Of a DNA stretch of 64,000 bases, positions 38,963 through 48,639 are shown one piece after another. Made by a program: the position numbers and the translations under genes. Under the pieces are notes generated by a model. The model saw only the letters and a program-made list of their open reading frames with translations, was not told the origin of the DNA and did not search any database. This DNA comes from an uncultured Deinococcaceae bacterium (GTDB taxonomy: Bacteria; Deinococcota; Deinococci; Deinococcales; Deinococcaceae). Every line of letters starts with the position of its first letter. Positions within the stretch are counted from its first letter, which is position 1. The stretch is from the NCBI GenBank assembly GCA_964252075.1, contig CAXULY010000013.1, positions 32,001 to 96,000 on the forward strand. The letters run 5' to 3'.

Positions 38963-40240
38963 TCAGAGCGGCGCGAAGGGGCTGCTCGGCCCGGCGCTGA
39001 ACAGGCGCTCGTGGAAGTGCGCGGCCTGCGCGTCCGTCATGGCGCTCAGGAAGTCGCACACCACGCGCGCCTTCGCCGCCTCGCCCGGCGCGGCCTCCAG
39101 CGCGGCGCGCGTCTCGAAGGGCAGCACCGCCGCGCGCACGTCATCCAAGTCGCCCAGCGCGGTGTCCAGCAACAGCCCGAACAGGTCCGTGACGAGCCGC
39201 AGCGCCTGCCGCGCCGAGACGCCCGTGCGCTGGTCGCGCAGGATGAGTTCCTGCGTGATGGCCTTCAGCACCGCGCACTCCGCGAGGACCTCCGGCGGCA
39301 CCTCCACCCGGTGCGCGAGGGCGCGCTCGGGGGCGCCCGTCGCCTGGATGTGTGTGGCCGTCACGAAGCGGTGCACGTACCCCCCGATCACCTCCCGCAC
39401 GCGCGCCGTGCTGGGCGTGAGGCCGCCCTCCAGGCGCGCGTGCAGGCGCGACAGCACCTCGCCGGTCGTGTCCTCGTGCAGCTGGGGCAGGGCGCGCTGC
39501 GCGCGGCGCGTCACGCGCGACCGCACCTGGGCGCTCCCCAGCGCGTGGTGACTCAGCAGGCCCGTCGCGAGGCCGTCCTCCAGGTCGTGCAGGCTGTACG
39601 CGATGTCGTCCGCCCAGTCCATGATCTGGCAGATCACGCTGCGGGCGGGCACGCCCTCCGGGCCGGGCGGCGTGCCCGCGTACAGCCAGCCCGCGTCGTC
39701 GCGCGCGTCGTCCGCGTACAGGGCGGGGTGGCCGCCCTTGCCGCCCGGGTACTTCAGCACGCCCTGCAGGGTGGCGCGCGTGGCGTTCACGCCGGGGTGG
39801 CGCGTCGTGAGGGGCTCCAGGCGCGTGAGGATGCGGTAGGTCTGCGCGTTGCCCTCGAACCCCCCGTACCCGCGCATGCAGGCGTTCAGGGCGTCCTCGC
39901 CGTTGTGCCCGAAGGGCGGGTGCCCTAGGTCGTGCGCGAGCGCGGCGGCCTCCGCGAGGCTGCCGGGCAGGCCGTGGTTCGTGGCGATGGCCCGCGCGAT
40001 CTGCGCGACCTCCATGGCGTGCGTGACGCGCGTGCGCAGGTAGCCGCTCCAGCCCGCCGCGAAGATCTGGCTCTTGCCCTGCAGGCGCCGGAAGGCGCCG
40101 CTGTGAATGATGCGCGCGCGGTCCCGCTCGAAGGGGTCGCGGCGGTCCCCTTCGGCGCCCGTGGTTTCAGTGGGGTAGCGGCGGGCGGTGTCCAGCGGCC
40201 CGAACCAGTCGAACGGCACCTCCGCCGTGTGGGACGTCAT
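38963..40240 (-). CDS. dgt: dGTP triphosphohydrolase (HD family)
   Basis: RDRARIIHSGAFRRLQGKSQI, RTRVTH, AHDLGHPPFGH, ADDIAYSLHDLED. Confidence 0.93.
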   Translation of the reverse strand: MTSHTAEVPFDWFGPLDTARRYPTETTGAEGDRRDPFERDRARIIHSGAFRRLQGKSQIFAAGWSGYLRTRVTHAMEVAQIARAIATNHGLPGSLAEAAALAHDLGHPPFGHNGEDALNACMRGYGGFEGNAQTYRILTRLEPLTTRHPGVNATRATLQGVLKYPGGKGGHPALYADDARDDAGWLYAGTPPGPEGVPARSVICQIMDWADDIAYSLHDLEDGLATGLLSHHALGSAQVRSRVTRRAQRALPQLHEDTTGEVLSRLHARLEGGLTPSTARVREVIGGYVHRFVTATHIQATGAPERALAHRVEVPPEVLAECAVLKAITQELILRDQRTGVSARQALRLVTDLFGLLLDTALGDLDDVRAAVLPFETRAALEAAPGEAAKARVVCDFLSAMTDAQAAHFHERLFSAGPSSPFAPL

Positions 40241-40323
40241 GGCGCAGCATAGCGTGACCGTCTGCCCGGACTCACCTGCACATCTGAACCGGGCGGGCGC
40301 GCGGAGTGCTACCGTCGGCTCAC

Positions 40324-41604
40324 ATGCGGCGAGGTTTCTGGATTGGTGGGGGCGTGGTGCTGGCACTCATGCTGGGCGCGGCGGGCACCACCGCGTACAG
40401 CAGCGCCCGCGCGGCACAGACGGCTCAGGGTCAGGTGCAGACCTTGCGCGGCGCGCTCGGGGGCACGCCCTACGCGCGCGTCATCGAGGACCGCTACCGG
40501 CGCGGCCTGTTCGAGAGCAGCGAGGACCTCACGGTGGGCCTCGGGCCGCGCGGCGCGCACGAACTGCGCGTCACGCTGCACAACCGCATCCTGCACGGGC
40601 CGCTGCCGGGCCTGCGCGGGGTGGGGCAGGCCATCATTGAAACCGAGCTGCGCTGGCCGCCGAACGTGCAGCGCCGCCTGGACGCCGCGCTGGGCGGCCG
40701 GAAGCCCAGCATTCGCACGGTGGTGGGCCTGGACGGCGCGACCACCACCGCCATTCATGTGCCCGCAGGTGAGCTGCGCGAGGACGGCGACACCCTCACC
40801 TTCGCGGCGCTGGACGGCACCTACCGGCAGGCGGGCGCGCGCAGCGACCTGAACCTCGCGTGGCCGGACGTGCGCGTGTTACAGGACGGCGAACCGCTGC
40901 ACCTGAGCGGCCTGCGCTTCGCGTCCACTCAGCTCGGACCGCAGGGCGCGCACAGCCGCCTCACCGTCGAGACGGTGGAGGGGGGCGGCGCGCACCCCGT
41001 GACCGTGCGCGGCCTGAGTGCCAGCGGTGAGGTCGCGCGGCGCGGCGACACGCTGGACGCCAGCGTGCGCTACGCCCTGCGGGAAGCGCAGGCGGCAGGC
41101 CAGGGTGTGGGCGCGTCGAATATCACGCTGGCGCTGCGCCACCTGCACGCGCCCAGCCTGGACGCCATCGGGAACCTGCAGGCGCGCCTGCAAGGCCGCA
41201 CCGACCCGGACGCCCTGTGGCCCGAGGTGGCGCCCCTCCTGGAGGGCCTGCTGCGCGGCGCGCCCGTCTTCTCGGTGGAGGACCTCGCGCTGGACCTCCC
41301 GGAAGGCCAGCTGACCGCCAGCGCCCGCGTGAGCCTGGACGACCCGCAGACGCTGCGCCTGCCCCGCACCCTGGACGACGCCGAGGCTGGCCCACTGCTG
41401 GCGGCGCTGCTGGCGCACCTGCACCTGCGCGCGCACCTCAGCGCGGACGTCACCCTGGCGCAGACGTACTCGGGGGGCCTGGCCGCCCTGCAGGACCTGC
41501 AGGACCAGGGCCTGCTGCGGCGCGACGGCGACACGCTGACGGGCGACGCGGAGTTCACACGCGGGCAGCTCACCGTGAACGGGAAGTCCGTGCCGCTGAA
41601 CTGA
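40324..41604 (+). CDS. YdgA/DUF945 family protein
   Basis: N-terminal anchor, YRRGLFES, ILHGP, C-terminal GQLTVNGK. Confidence 0.8.
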   Translation: MRRGFWIGGGVVLALMLGAAGTTAYSSARAAQTAQGQVQTLRGALGGTPYARVIEDRYRRGLFESSEDLTVGLGPRGAHELRVTLHNRILHGPLPGLRGVGQAIIETELRWPPNVQRRLDAALGGRKPSIRTVVGLDGATTTAIHVPAGELREDGDTLTFAALDGTYRQAGARSDLNLAWPDVRVLQDGEPLHLSGLRFASTQLGPQGAHSRLTVETVEGGGAHPVTVRGLSASGEVARRGDTLDASVRYALREAQAAGQGVGASNITLALRHLHAPSLDAIGNLQARLQGRTDPDALWPEVAPLLEGLLRGAPVFSVEDLALDLPEGQLTASARVSLDDPQTLRLPRTLDDAEAGPLLAALLAHLHLRAHLSADVTLAQTYSGGLAALQDLQDQGLLRRDGDTLTGDAEFTRGQLTVNGKSVPLN

Positions 41605-41653
41605 GCCATCCGGCGCATTGCACCGGGACAGAACGCAGGGCTTAAGATCAGGC

Positions 41654-42058
41654 ATGGGCGTAAACCTGAATTACGTGTCGATGACCGCGCACGACCTCGA
41701 AACGACCCTGGCCTTCTACCGCGACCTGGGCCTCCCCATCCCCGACGGCGCGCACCTGAACGCCGAGGGCACCCCAGAGGACCACGCCGAGATCAGCGTG
41801 AACGGCCTGCGCATCGCCTGGGAGAGCGAGACCCTCGCCCGGCAGCTGAACCCGGGCTGGACGCCCCCCAGCGGCAACGCCCGCGTGAACATCGCCTTCC
41901 AGGCGGACTCGCCCGCCGGGGTGGACGAGACCTGCGCCCACATGCGCGCGCGCGGCCACACCGTCACCACCCCGCCGTACGACGCCTTCTGGGGTCAGCG
42001 CTACGCCACCCTCCGCGACCCGGACGGCAACAGCGTGGACGTGTTCGCGGCGCTGTAA
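41654..42058 (+). CDS. VOC/glyoxalase family protein
   Basis: LAFYRDLG, PYDAFWGQRYATLRDPDGN. Confidence 0.9.
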   Translation: MGVNLNYVSMTAHDLETTLAFYRDLGLPIPDGAHLNAEGTPEDHAEISVNGLRIAWESETLARQLNPGWTPPSGNARVNIAFQADSPAGVDETCAHMRARGHTVTTPPYDAFWGQRYATLRDPDGNSVDVFAAL

Positions 42059-42091
42059 GGCGCCGCCCGCAGCCGCCCCCGACCAGCGCGC

Positions 42092-42988
42092 TCAATCGTT
42101 CGGCACGAGGCGACCCGCCCACGCCGCCGCGCCAATCAGCCCGGCGTCCGCGCCGAGCGCGGCGGGCACCACCTCCGGGCGGTACCGCTCGGGGAAGTGC
42201 GCCAGCGCCTCGCGCACGCGGTCCTGGTACCCGGCGCGCAGCCCCACGCTGCCGCCCAGCGCCACGCGCGTCACGCCCAGCAGCGCCGCCACGTCCGCGA
42301 TCTTCCACGCGATGAGCGCCGCCGAGTGCCGGTACTCCCCGTCGGCGGCCCCGTCGCCCGCCTCTGCGGCGTCCGCCAGGGCGCGGCTGTCCGCCCGGCC
42401 CAGCGTCACCGCGCGCACGCCCAGCGCCGTGCCGCTCGTCTCGAACTCCAGGGGGCCCAGCGCGCCCAGCGGCGGCACCTCGCGCCCCTCCTGCCAGCGC
42501 GCGGGCACGCTCACGAAGCCCAGCTCGGCGTCCAGGCCGTTCCCCGCGAGGTGCAGGCGCCCACCCAGCACGAGGCCCGCCCCCACGCCCGTGCTGACCG
42601 TCACGAACATGAACTCGCTCGCGCCCCGCCCGGCGCCTGCCACGAACTCCCCCCACGCCGCGGCGCGCGCGTCGTTCAGGGCGGCGGTCGGCAGGTGCGT
42701 CGCGGCCTGCAGTTCCGTCACGAGCGGCACCCCAATCCAGCCGGGAAAGGTGTGCAGCGCGGTGGCCGTCACCACGCCCTCACTCACCGCGCCCGCCGAC
42801 GCGACGCCCAGCGCCACCGCGTGCGGCGCGAGGGGCCGCGCCAGGGCCGCCGCGGCCTCCAGCACCGCGCGTGGCGTGGAAGGCTTGGGGGTGCGGGCGT
42901 CCAGGCGGTCCAGGATGCGTCCGCCCTCCACCAGGGCCGCGCGCATGCTGGTCCCACCGATGTCGAGGGCCAGAACAGGGGAGGGCAT
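42092..42988 (-). CDS. ROK-family sugar kinase (ManNAc kinase-like)
   Basis: LALDIGGT, LNDARAAAWGE, VTVSTGVGAG, LGGSVG. Confidence 0.88.
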   Translation of the reverse strand: MPSPVLALDIGGTSMRAALVEGGRILDRLDARTPKPSTPRAVLEAAAALARPLAPHAVALGVASAGAVSEGVVTATALHTFPGWIGVPLVTELQAATHLPTAALNDARAAAWGEFVAGAGRGASEFMFVTVSTGVGAGLVLGGRLHLAGNGLDAELGFVSVPARWQEGREVPPLGALGPLEFETSGTALGVRAVTLGRADSRALADAAEAGDGAADGEYRHSAALIAWKIADVAALLGVTRVALGGSVGLRAGYQDRVREALAHFPERYRPEVVPAALGADAGLIGAAAWAGRLVPND

Positions 42989-42998
42989 GCCGCTCAAG

Positions 42999-44495
42999 CT
43001 ACCCCGCCGTGACCTGCAGCGGGAAGACTCCTGTAAACAGGCGCGGCCACGCGAGGTGAGGCGCGCCCAGCTGCACGGCGTACCCCAGGTCCGCGAAGTG
43101 CCGCGCCCACAGCGCCTCCATCTGCGGGCGCATGTGCTCCCCGAGCAGGCGCTCGGCCTCCGCGCGCTGGGGACCCAGGTCATAGGGACTGGGCTGCACC
43201 AGCCCGGCGCGCACCTCCGGGCGCACGAAGGCCTGGTACAGCGCGTCATCCACGAGGCGCGCGAACAGCGCCTCCAGCCGCGCCGCCTCGTCCGTCACGT
43301 CCGGCGCGAGGGCGCCCATCGCGACCGCGCTGCCCAGCGAGTTCCCCGCGGTGTTCCACGCGGCGTACCCCGCGAGGTGCGCGAGCGGCAGGTCCTGCAT
43401 GAGGGTCCAGAGGCGCCGCTCCGCGCCGTTCGGGTACGCGAGGTCCGCGAGGCTGACCCGCACGCCGCCCTCCAGCGCGTCCCGCACGTCATCCACGAAC
43501 GCCGGGAGGTGGCGGCTCGCGGTGTCCACCGTCGCGAAGTCCGGCTGCACGTTCGCCTGCCGCGACCCTGGCGTGTTCACCGCCAGCACGAAGTCCGCGC
43601 CCGCCTCGCCGGTGGCCTGCCGCACCCCCGCCGCGCGCAGGTGCGCCCTCACCAGTTCGCCCGCCGGGCGGTCCTCGTAGATCAGGCCCGCGTTCGCGCC
43701 GTTCACGCCGCTGTACCGCACGAAGGCGCGGCGGGGCCGGGACGCCAGCGCGCGCGCGACCAGCGTGGCGGGCACCTCGTCCGCACCGGGGTACACGTCC
43801 ACCTGCCGCCACAGGCCCAGCGCGTCCACCCGTCCCTCCAGCAGGCGGCGGTCGAAGGCCGCCAGTCCGTACTCGCTGGTGTCGTCCAGGGTGAGGCACA
43901 GGTGCTCGATCACGCCTTCGTGCACGAGGTCCAGCGCCGCGAGGTGCAGGGTGCGGTTGCGTTCGCGCGTGCCCACCCAGTCCGCCAGCACCTCCGCCGG
44001 GACCGCCGCGCGCGCCGCATCGAGTGCCGCGCGCTCCCCGTCACCGTGCCGCGCGTGCCGATCAAAGGCCGTGCTGAACGCCCGCAGGGCCCTGCCGTGC
44101 CGCCCGTAATACGGTTTCTCCTCCAGCGGATCGTCGTCGTGCGCGACGCGCACCACCACGCCGGAAGCCAGGACGCGCAGGCGCGGATTGATCCGCCTGA
44201 CCTCCCGCAGCACGGCCAAGCGCTCCAGCACCGCGTCCAGCGGGTCATCCACGCGCCGCGCCGGGATCATGCCGCCCAGCGTGAGCGTCTCCACGCACGC
44301 GATCAGCACGTCCGCGCCCGCCGCCTCGTCGCGCAGCCACTGCGCGAGCAGCCGGGTGTCGCCCGGCGTGTTCAGGTCGTTCAGCGCGGCGGGGGGGGGC
44401 ACGCGCACCTCCGCGCCCACCATCCGCGCGAGCTGCGCGGGGTGCGCCAGGGTCGGCGGGCGCGTGTCGGGCGGGATGAGCAGCAGGCGCGTCAC
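42999..44495 (-). CDS. DUF4127 family protein
   Basis: LLLIPPDTRP, TLDDT, YPGADE, DLAYPNG, YAAWNTAGNSLG. Confidence 0.75.
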   Translation of the reverse strand: MTRLLLIPPDTRPPTLAHPAQLARMVGAEVRVPPPAALNDLNTPGDTRLLAQWLRDEAAGADVLIACVETLTLGGMIPARRVDDPLDAVLERLAVLREVRRINPRLRVLASGVVVRVAHDDDPLEEKPYYGRHGRALRAFSTAFDRHARHGDGERAALDAARAAVPAEVLADWVGTRERNRTLHLAALDLVHEGVIEHLCLTLDDTSEYGLAAFDRRLLEGRVDALGLWRQVDVYPGADEVPATLVARALASRPRRAFVRYSGVNGANAGLIYEDRPAGELVRAHLRAAGVRQATGEAGADFVLAVNTPGSRQANVQPDFATVDTASRHLPAFVDDVRDALEGGVRVSLADLAYPNGAERRLWTLMQDLPLAHLAGYAAWNTAGNSLGSAVAMGALAPDVTDEAARLEALFARLVDDALYQAFVRPEVRAGLVQPSPYDLGPQRAEAERLLGEHMRPQMEALWARHFADLGYAVQLGAPHLAWPRLFTGVFPLQVTAG

Positions 44496-45238
44496 AGCCA
44501 CTCCAGCAGGACATCCAGCGCCGCGTCCCGCATGGCCGGGCTGGTGTAATGCGCCACGCCCGCGAAGGTCTGCACGCGCAGGCGCTCCGGGTCCGCGGCG
44601 TAGGCGGAACGGTACGCGCCCGCGCCCACCTCAAAGTCCGCGAGGGGGAAGGCCGGGTCGGCGTCCCCGTGCAGCAGGGCCAGGGGGAGCGGCGCCGCCT
44701 TCCCGGCGCGCCGCGCGGGCCGGTGCGCGTCCAGAAAGGCCCTCGCGGCGGGCACCGTGACCTCCGGTTCCTCCCAGCGCCCGCCGCTGCTGATCACGCA
44801 CGTCGCGTCCGCGAGGTGCGCCTGCGCGACCGCGTGCGCCACATACCCCCCCATGCTGATGCCCATCACGCCCAATCGCCCCCCGAAAGCCTCGCGCACG
44901 GACGCGAGCAAGCCCGGCGCCTCCCTGAAGCCCAGTGCCGCGCACAGCCACACAAAATTCCGCGCGCCCAGCGCCTCGCCCGCCAGGCCCGGCAGCGCGC
45001 GCTCCCCGTGCAGGGGCGCGTCCGGCAGCACCACCGCCAGCCCCGCCCCGGTGAGCGCGCTGAACACGCCCGCGTTCCCCTCCTTCATGGCCGTCACGCC
45101 GTGATGGACCACCACCGCGCCGCGCGCCTCGCTGAAGGGCCGCTCGATCAGGCACGGCACGCCCGCCAGCACCCGCCGTTCCACGATGTACTGGGTGTCG
45201 CCCGCCAGGGCGGTCGCGTACGGCACCCCCTCAGACAT
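44492..45238 (-). CDS. Alpha/beta hydrolase (esterase)
   Basis: GISMGG nucleophile elbow, HGDAD, GVAH. Confidence 0.85.
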   Translation of the reverse strand: MSEGVPYATALAGDTQYIVERRVLAGVPCLIERPFSEARGAVVVHHGVTAMKEGNAGVFSALTGAGLAVVLPDAPLHGERALPGLAGEALGARNFVWLCAALGFREAPGLLASVREAFGGRLGVMGISMGGYVAHAVAQAHLADATCVISSGGRWEEPEVTVPAARAFLDAHRPARRAGKAAPLPLALLHGDADPAFPLADFEVGAGAYRSAYAADPERLRVQTFAGVAHYTSPAMRDAALDVLLEWL

Positions 45239-46598
45239 ACGCCCCCTGAGCGCGCAGGGCCTCGCGCAGCTGCACACCGTCCACCGCGTGCACGTCCCCG
45301 CAGCCCCTCGCCGCCCACGCCGCCGCCAGCCCCGCCGCCTCCCCCATGGAGTGGCAGTTCTGCTGCACCCGGATGGCGCTCTGCGCCTCGAAGGTCGCGC
45401 TCGCGCAGCGCCCCGGCACCAGCAGGTTCGCCACGCCCTGCGGCAGCAGCGCGCGGTACGGAATCTCGTGGAACGCATCCCGCGCGAAGTACGGCGCGGC
45501 GCCCGAACGCTCGTGCACCAGCTTCGCGCCCTTCGGAGAGTGAATGTCCACGGGGTAGTGGTTGCGGCACACGGCGTCCGGGAAGGTCCGGCAATCCAGA
45601 ATGTCCTCCAGGGTCAGCACGTACTCGCCCACGATGCGGCGCGTCTCACGGATACCCACCATGGGGGCATAACTGCCCAGGTAGGCCGTCTCGCAGCCCG
45701 GCAGGTACACCCGGCAGAAGCGGATAAGCCGCTCGATGGCCGCCTTCCCGTCCACCTGCGCCGCCGAGAGCTGCCAGGGGTCCACGCCGTCGTTAATCTC
45801 CGCCGCGAGGCGCGGGCAGTTGAAGCTGATCTCGCCCGGGCGGCCCGGCACGCTGAAGCCCTGGAAGTAATCGCCGTCGCGCTCCAGCAGTACGCCCTCC
45901 TCCACCGCGCGGCGGAACAGCGGCTCCAGGCTGCTGTTCTTGCCCCACACCATCCAGAAGTGCATGAAGTGGGGTGACTCCTGCCCCTGCCCCTGCGCCG
46001 CCAGGAAGGCGCACAGGCGCCCCAGGTCCACGCCCGCCAGCGTGAAGCGCAGGCTCAGCGCCTGGTGCAGGCCCTCGTCATCCCCGCCCGACCAGGGGGC
46101 GCCCGCCGCCACCGCGAGGTCCGCGTCGCCCGTCGCGTCAATGAACACCCTCGCGGGGAGCGCCTGCAAACCGCCCTTGTTGTGCACCACCAGAGACTGA
46201 ACGCGCGCTCCATCCATGATGGGCGCGACCGTGTGCGTGTGGTACAGGAGGTCCGCGCCCGCCTCCACCGCGAGGCGCTCCAGTACGTACTTCAGGCCCT
46301 CCGGGTTGAACCAGTTGTCGTTCCCGTTCCCGTCCACCGCCCCATCTCCGCGCGCGATGAGGCGGGCCTTGATCTCGTCCGTCAGGCCCCGGTTCAGGTT
46401 CTCGCCCGCACTCACATTGCGCATGAGGGGCGTCACCTGTGCGTTCGTGCCTGTCCCGCCCAGCGACCCCAGCGCCTCCACGATCAGGGTGCGCGCGCCT
46501 GCCCGCGCGGCCGCGATGCCCGCGATGGCGCCCGCCGTGCCGCCCCCCGCCACAATCACATCCCACGAGCGGGAAGAGGTGGAGTAGGGGAGGGTCAC
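45231..46598 (-). CDS. FAD-dependent oxidoreductase
   Basis: DVIVAGGGTAG, FIDATGDAD, RETRRIVGEY, IPYRALLP...NLLVPGRC. Confidence 0.9.
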   Translation of the reverse strand: MTLPYSTSSRSWDVIVAGGGTAGAIAGIAAARAGARTLIVEALGSLGGTGTNAQVTPLMRNVSAGENLNRGLTDEIKARLIARGDGAVDGNGNDNWFNPEGLKYVLERLAVEAGADLLYHTHTVAPIMDGARVQSLVVHNKGGLQALPARVFIDATGDADLAVAAGAPWSGGDDEGLHQALSLRFTLAGVDLGRLCAFLAAQGQGQESPHFMHFWMVWGKNSSLEPLFRRAVEEGVLLERDGDYFQGFSVPGRPGEISFNCPRLAAEINDGVDPWQLSAAQVDGKAAIERLIRFCRVYLPGCETAYLGSYAPMVGIRETRRIVGEYVLTLEDILDCRTFPDAVCRNHYPVDIHSPKGAKLVHERSGAAPYFARDAFHEIPYRALLPQGVANLLVPGRCASATFEAQSAIRVQQNCHSMGEAAGLAAAWAARGCGDVHAVDGVQLREALRAQGAYV

Positions 46599-46801
46599 CG
46601 CTGGAACCCCATCGGGCGGTGCGCCTCCTCGTCCGTGAGGGGGCGCTTCAGGACGGCCATCGCCTCACCGCTCACGCCCGCGTGCACGTTCACCAGCTCC
46701 CAGCCGTCGCGCCCCAGGGCGTTCAGCGCGTCTTCCAGCGCACGCCCGCCGTCCCCGAGGGCCTGCTGAATCACCTTGTACGTCCACCGCTCGTCGTTCA
46801 T
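46595..46801 (-). CDS. DUF4177 family small protein
   Basis: WTYKVI...LNALGRDGWELV...LKRP. Confidence 0.8.
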   Translation of the reverse strand: MNDERWTYKVIQQALGDGGRALEDALNALGRDGWELVNVHAGVSGEAMAVLKRPLTDEEAHRPMGFQR

Positions 46802-47721
46802 CCCTTCACCGCGCCTTCCAGGCCCTTCATGAAGTACCGCTGCCCGAAGGCGAACACGATCAGGATGGGCAGGATCGTGATGACGGCGCCCGCCATGGTG
46901 GCGCGGGAGTTGGTGGAGAAGGTGCCGGACAGCTCGATCAGGCCCGCCGCGAGCGGCAGGCGCTGCGGGTCGAGCGGGAGGATGCGCGCCCACAGGAAGC
47001 TGTTCCAGAGCGCCACGAACTCTAGGATGGCGAAGGCCGCGATGGTGGGCGCCGCGAGGGGCAGCATGATGCGCCGCCAGATGGTGAGTTCCTTTGCCCC
47101 GTCAATGCGCGCCGCCTCGATGAGTTCGGCGGGAATGCCGAGGTACGCCTGCCGGATCAGGAAGAGGCCCACGACGCTCGCCACGCTGGGCAGCACGAGC
47201 GCCGCGTACTGCCCGAGGGCGTCCATAAGGGGCCCGGACGGTCCCTGGTGTTGCGCGAGCAGGCCGAGTTTGGTGGTGGTCACGTAGTTCACGATGAGGC
47301 CCGCCTCGTTCGGCAGGACCATCAGGCTGAGGATGCCGTAGAACACCAGATCGCGTCCCGGGAAGGTCATGCGCGCCAGCGGGTACGCGGCGAGTGCGGC
47401 GAGGGTGACGCTCAGCGTGACGCCCGAGGCACACACGATCACGCTGTTCAGGAACATCTGCCAGAAGCCCACGGTGGTGCCCTGGAACACCGCGAGGTAA
47501 TTGCGCGCGCTGACCGACGACGGCAGCAGGCGCGGCTCGTAGATGTTCCCGGTGGGTTCCAGGCTGGTGATGAGCGTCCAGTAGAAGGGGTACAGCATGA
47601 TCACCGCGATGATCGCGAGCACCGCGTACGCGAGGATGTTCGTGAGGCGCTGGCGGCGTCTGCGGCGCGCGCGGAGGTCCGCGCCGGGCACGGGCAGGGG
47701 CTTGGGGGCGGTGGTGGTCAC
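46798..47721 (-). CDS. Carbohydrate ABC permease
   Basis: IPAELIEAARIDGA, WNSFLW. Confidence 0.92.
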   Translation of the reverse strand: MTTTAPKPLPVPGADLRARRRRRQRLTNILAYAVLAIIAVIMLYPFYWTLITSLEPTGNIYEPRLLPSSVSARNYLAVFQGTTVGFWQMFLNSVIVCASGVTLSVTLAALAAYPLARMTFPGRDLVFYGILSLMVLPNEAGLIVNYVTTTKLGLLAQHQGPSGPLMDALGQYAALVLPSVASVVGLFLIRQAYLGIPAELIEAARIDGAKELTIWRRIMLPLAAPTIAAFAILEFVALWNSFLWARILPLDPQRLPLAAGLIELSGTFSTNSRATMAGAVITILPILIVFAFGQRYFMKGLEGAVKG

Positions 47722-48635
47722 GCGTCCACCCGCCCGCCGCGCGTGAGGCGGAAGTTCACGGCGCCCAGCAGCAGCGAAATCACGGCGATCACCAGGCCGC
47801 CCGCCGCGGCGTACCCGTAGCGGAAGTCCTGGAAGGCCTTCGCGTACGTGAAGTACACGGCGGTGTACGTGCTGCCCGCCGGGCCGCCCTGCGTCATGAT
47901 GAAGATCTCGTCGAAGACCTTGATGGCGCTGATGGTGCTCAGCAGGCTGCACACCAGGATGGTGGGCCTGAGGCCCGGCAGGGTGATGTTCCAGAACACC
48001 TGCGGGCGCGTCGCGCCGTCAATCAGGGCGGCTTCCTCCAGTTCGCGCGCGATGCCCTGCAGGCCCGCGAGGTACAGCACCATGTAATACCCGAGGCCCT
48101 TCCAGAGCGTCACGAACATGACGGCCCACAGGGCGGAGCTGGAGTAGTTCAGCACGTCGCGCGGGCGGTCCGTGAGGTGCAGCGCGGCGAGCAGGGCGCT
48201 CACGGGGCCGCCCTGCTGGTACATCCAGCCCCAGATGAGGCCCACCACCGCGAAGCTCGTCACGACCGGCACGTAGTACGCCGTGCGGAAGAACCCGATG
48301 CCCTTCAGCGGGCGGTTCACGAACAGCGCGAGCGCGATGGACAGCAGCTGAATGACGGGCACCACCACGAGGTACAAGAGGCTGTTCTTGAGGCCCGACC
48401 AGAAGTAACTGTCCCCGAAGAGCTCCCGGAAGTTCGCGAGGCCCACCCATTTCGGCGGGCTGATGATGTTGTACTCCGTGAACGCCAGGTACGTCCCGAA
48501 GAACACCGGGATCACGTGGTACAGCACCAGCAGCGCCAGGAACGGCAGCATGAAGGCGTAGGCCAGCAGCGTGGTGCGCAGGGGCACGCGGCGCGTGAGG
48601 CGCGGGGTGGAGGGGGCAGGGGACAGTCGGGTCAT
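47718..48635 (-). CDS. Carbohydrate ABC permease
   Basis: WVGLANF, YLAGLQGIARELEEAALIDGA. Confidence 0.92.
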   Translation of the reverse strand: MTRLSPAPSTPRLTRRVPLRTTLLAYAFMLPFLALLVLYHVIPVFFGTYLAFTEYNIISPPKWVGLANFRELFGDSYFWSGLKNSLLYLVVVPVIQLLSIALALFVNRPLKGIGFFRTAYYVPVVTSFAVVGLIWGWMYQQGGPVSALLAALHLTDRPRDVLNYSSSALWAVMFVTLWKGLGYYMVLYLAGLQGIARELEEAALIDGATRPQVFWNITLPGLRPTILVCSLLSTISAIKVFDEIFIMTQGGPAGSTYTAVYFTYAKAFQDFRYGYAAAGGLVIAVISLLLGAVNFRLTRGGRVDA

Positions 48636-48639
48636 GGGT

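Noticed and set aside
38963..40240. dGTPase as an anti-phage defence gene
   Set aside because: It has ordinary Dgt motifs and host-like codon use, with no defence-island neighbours.
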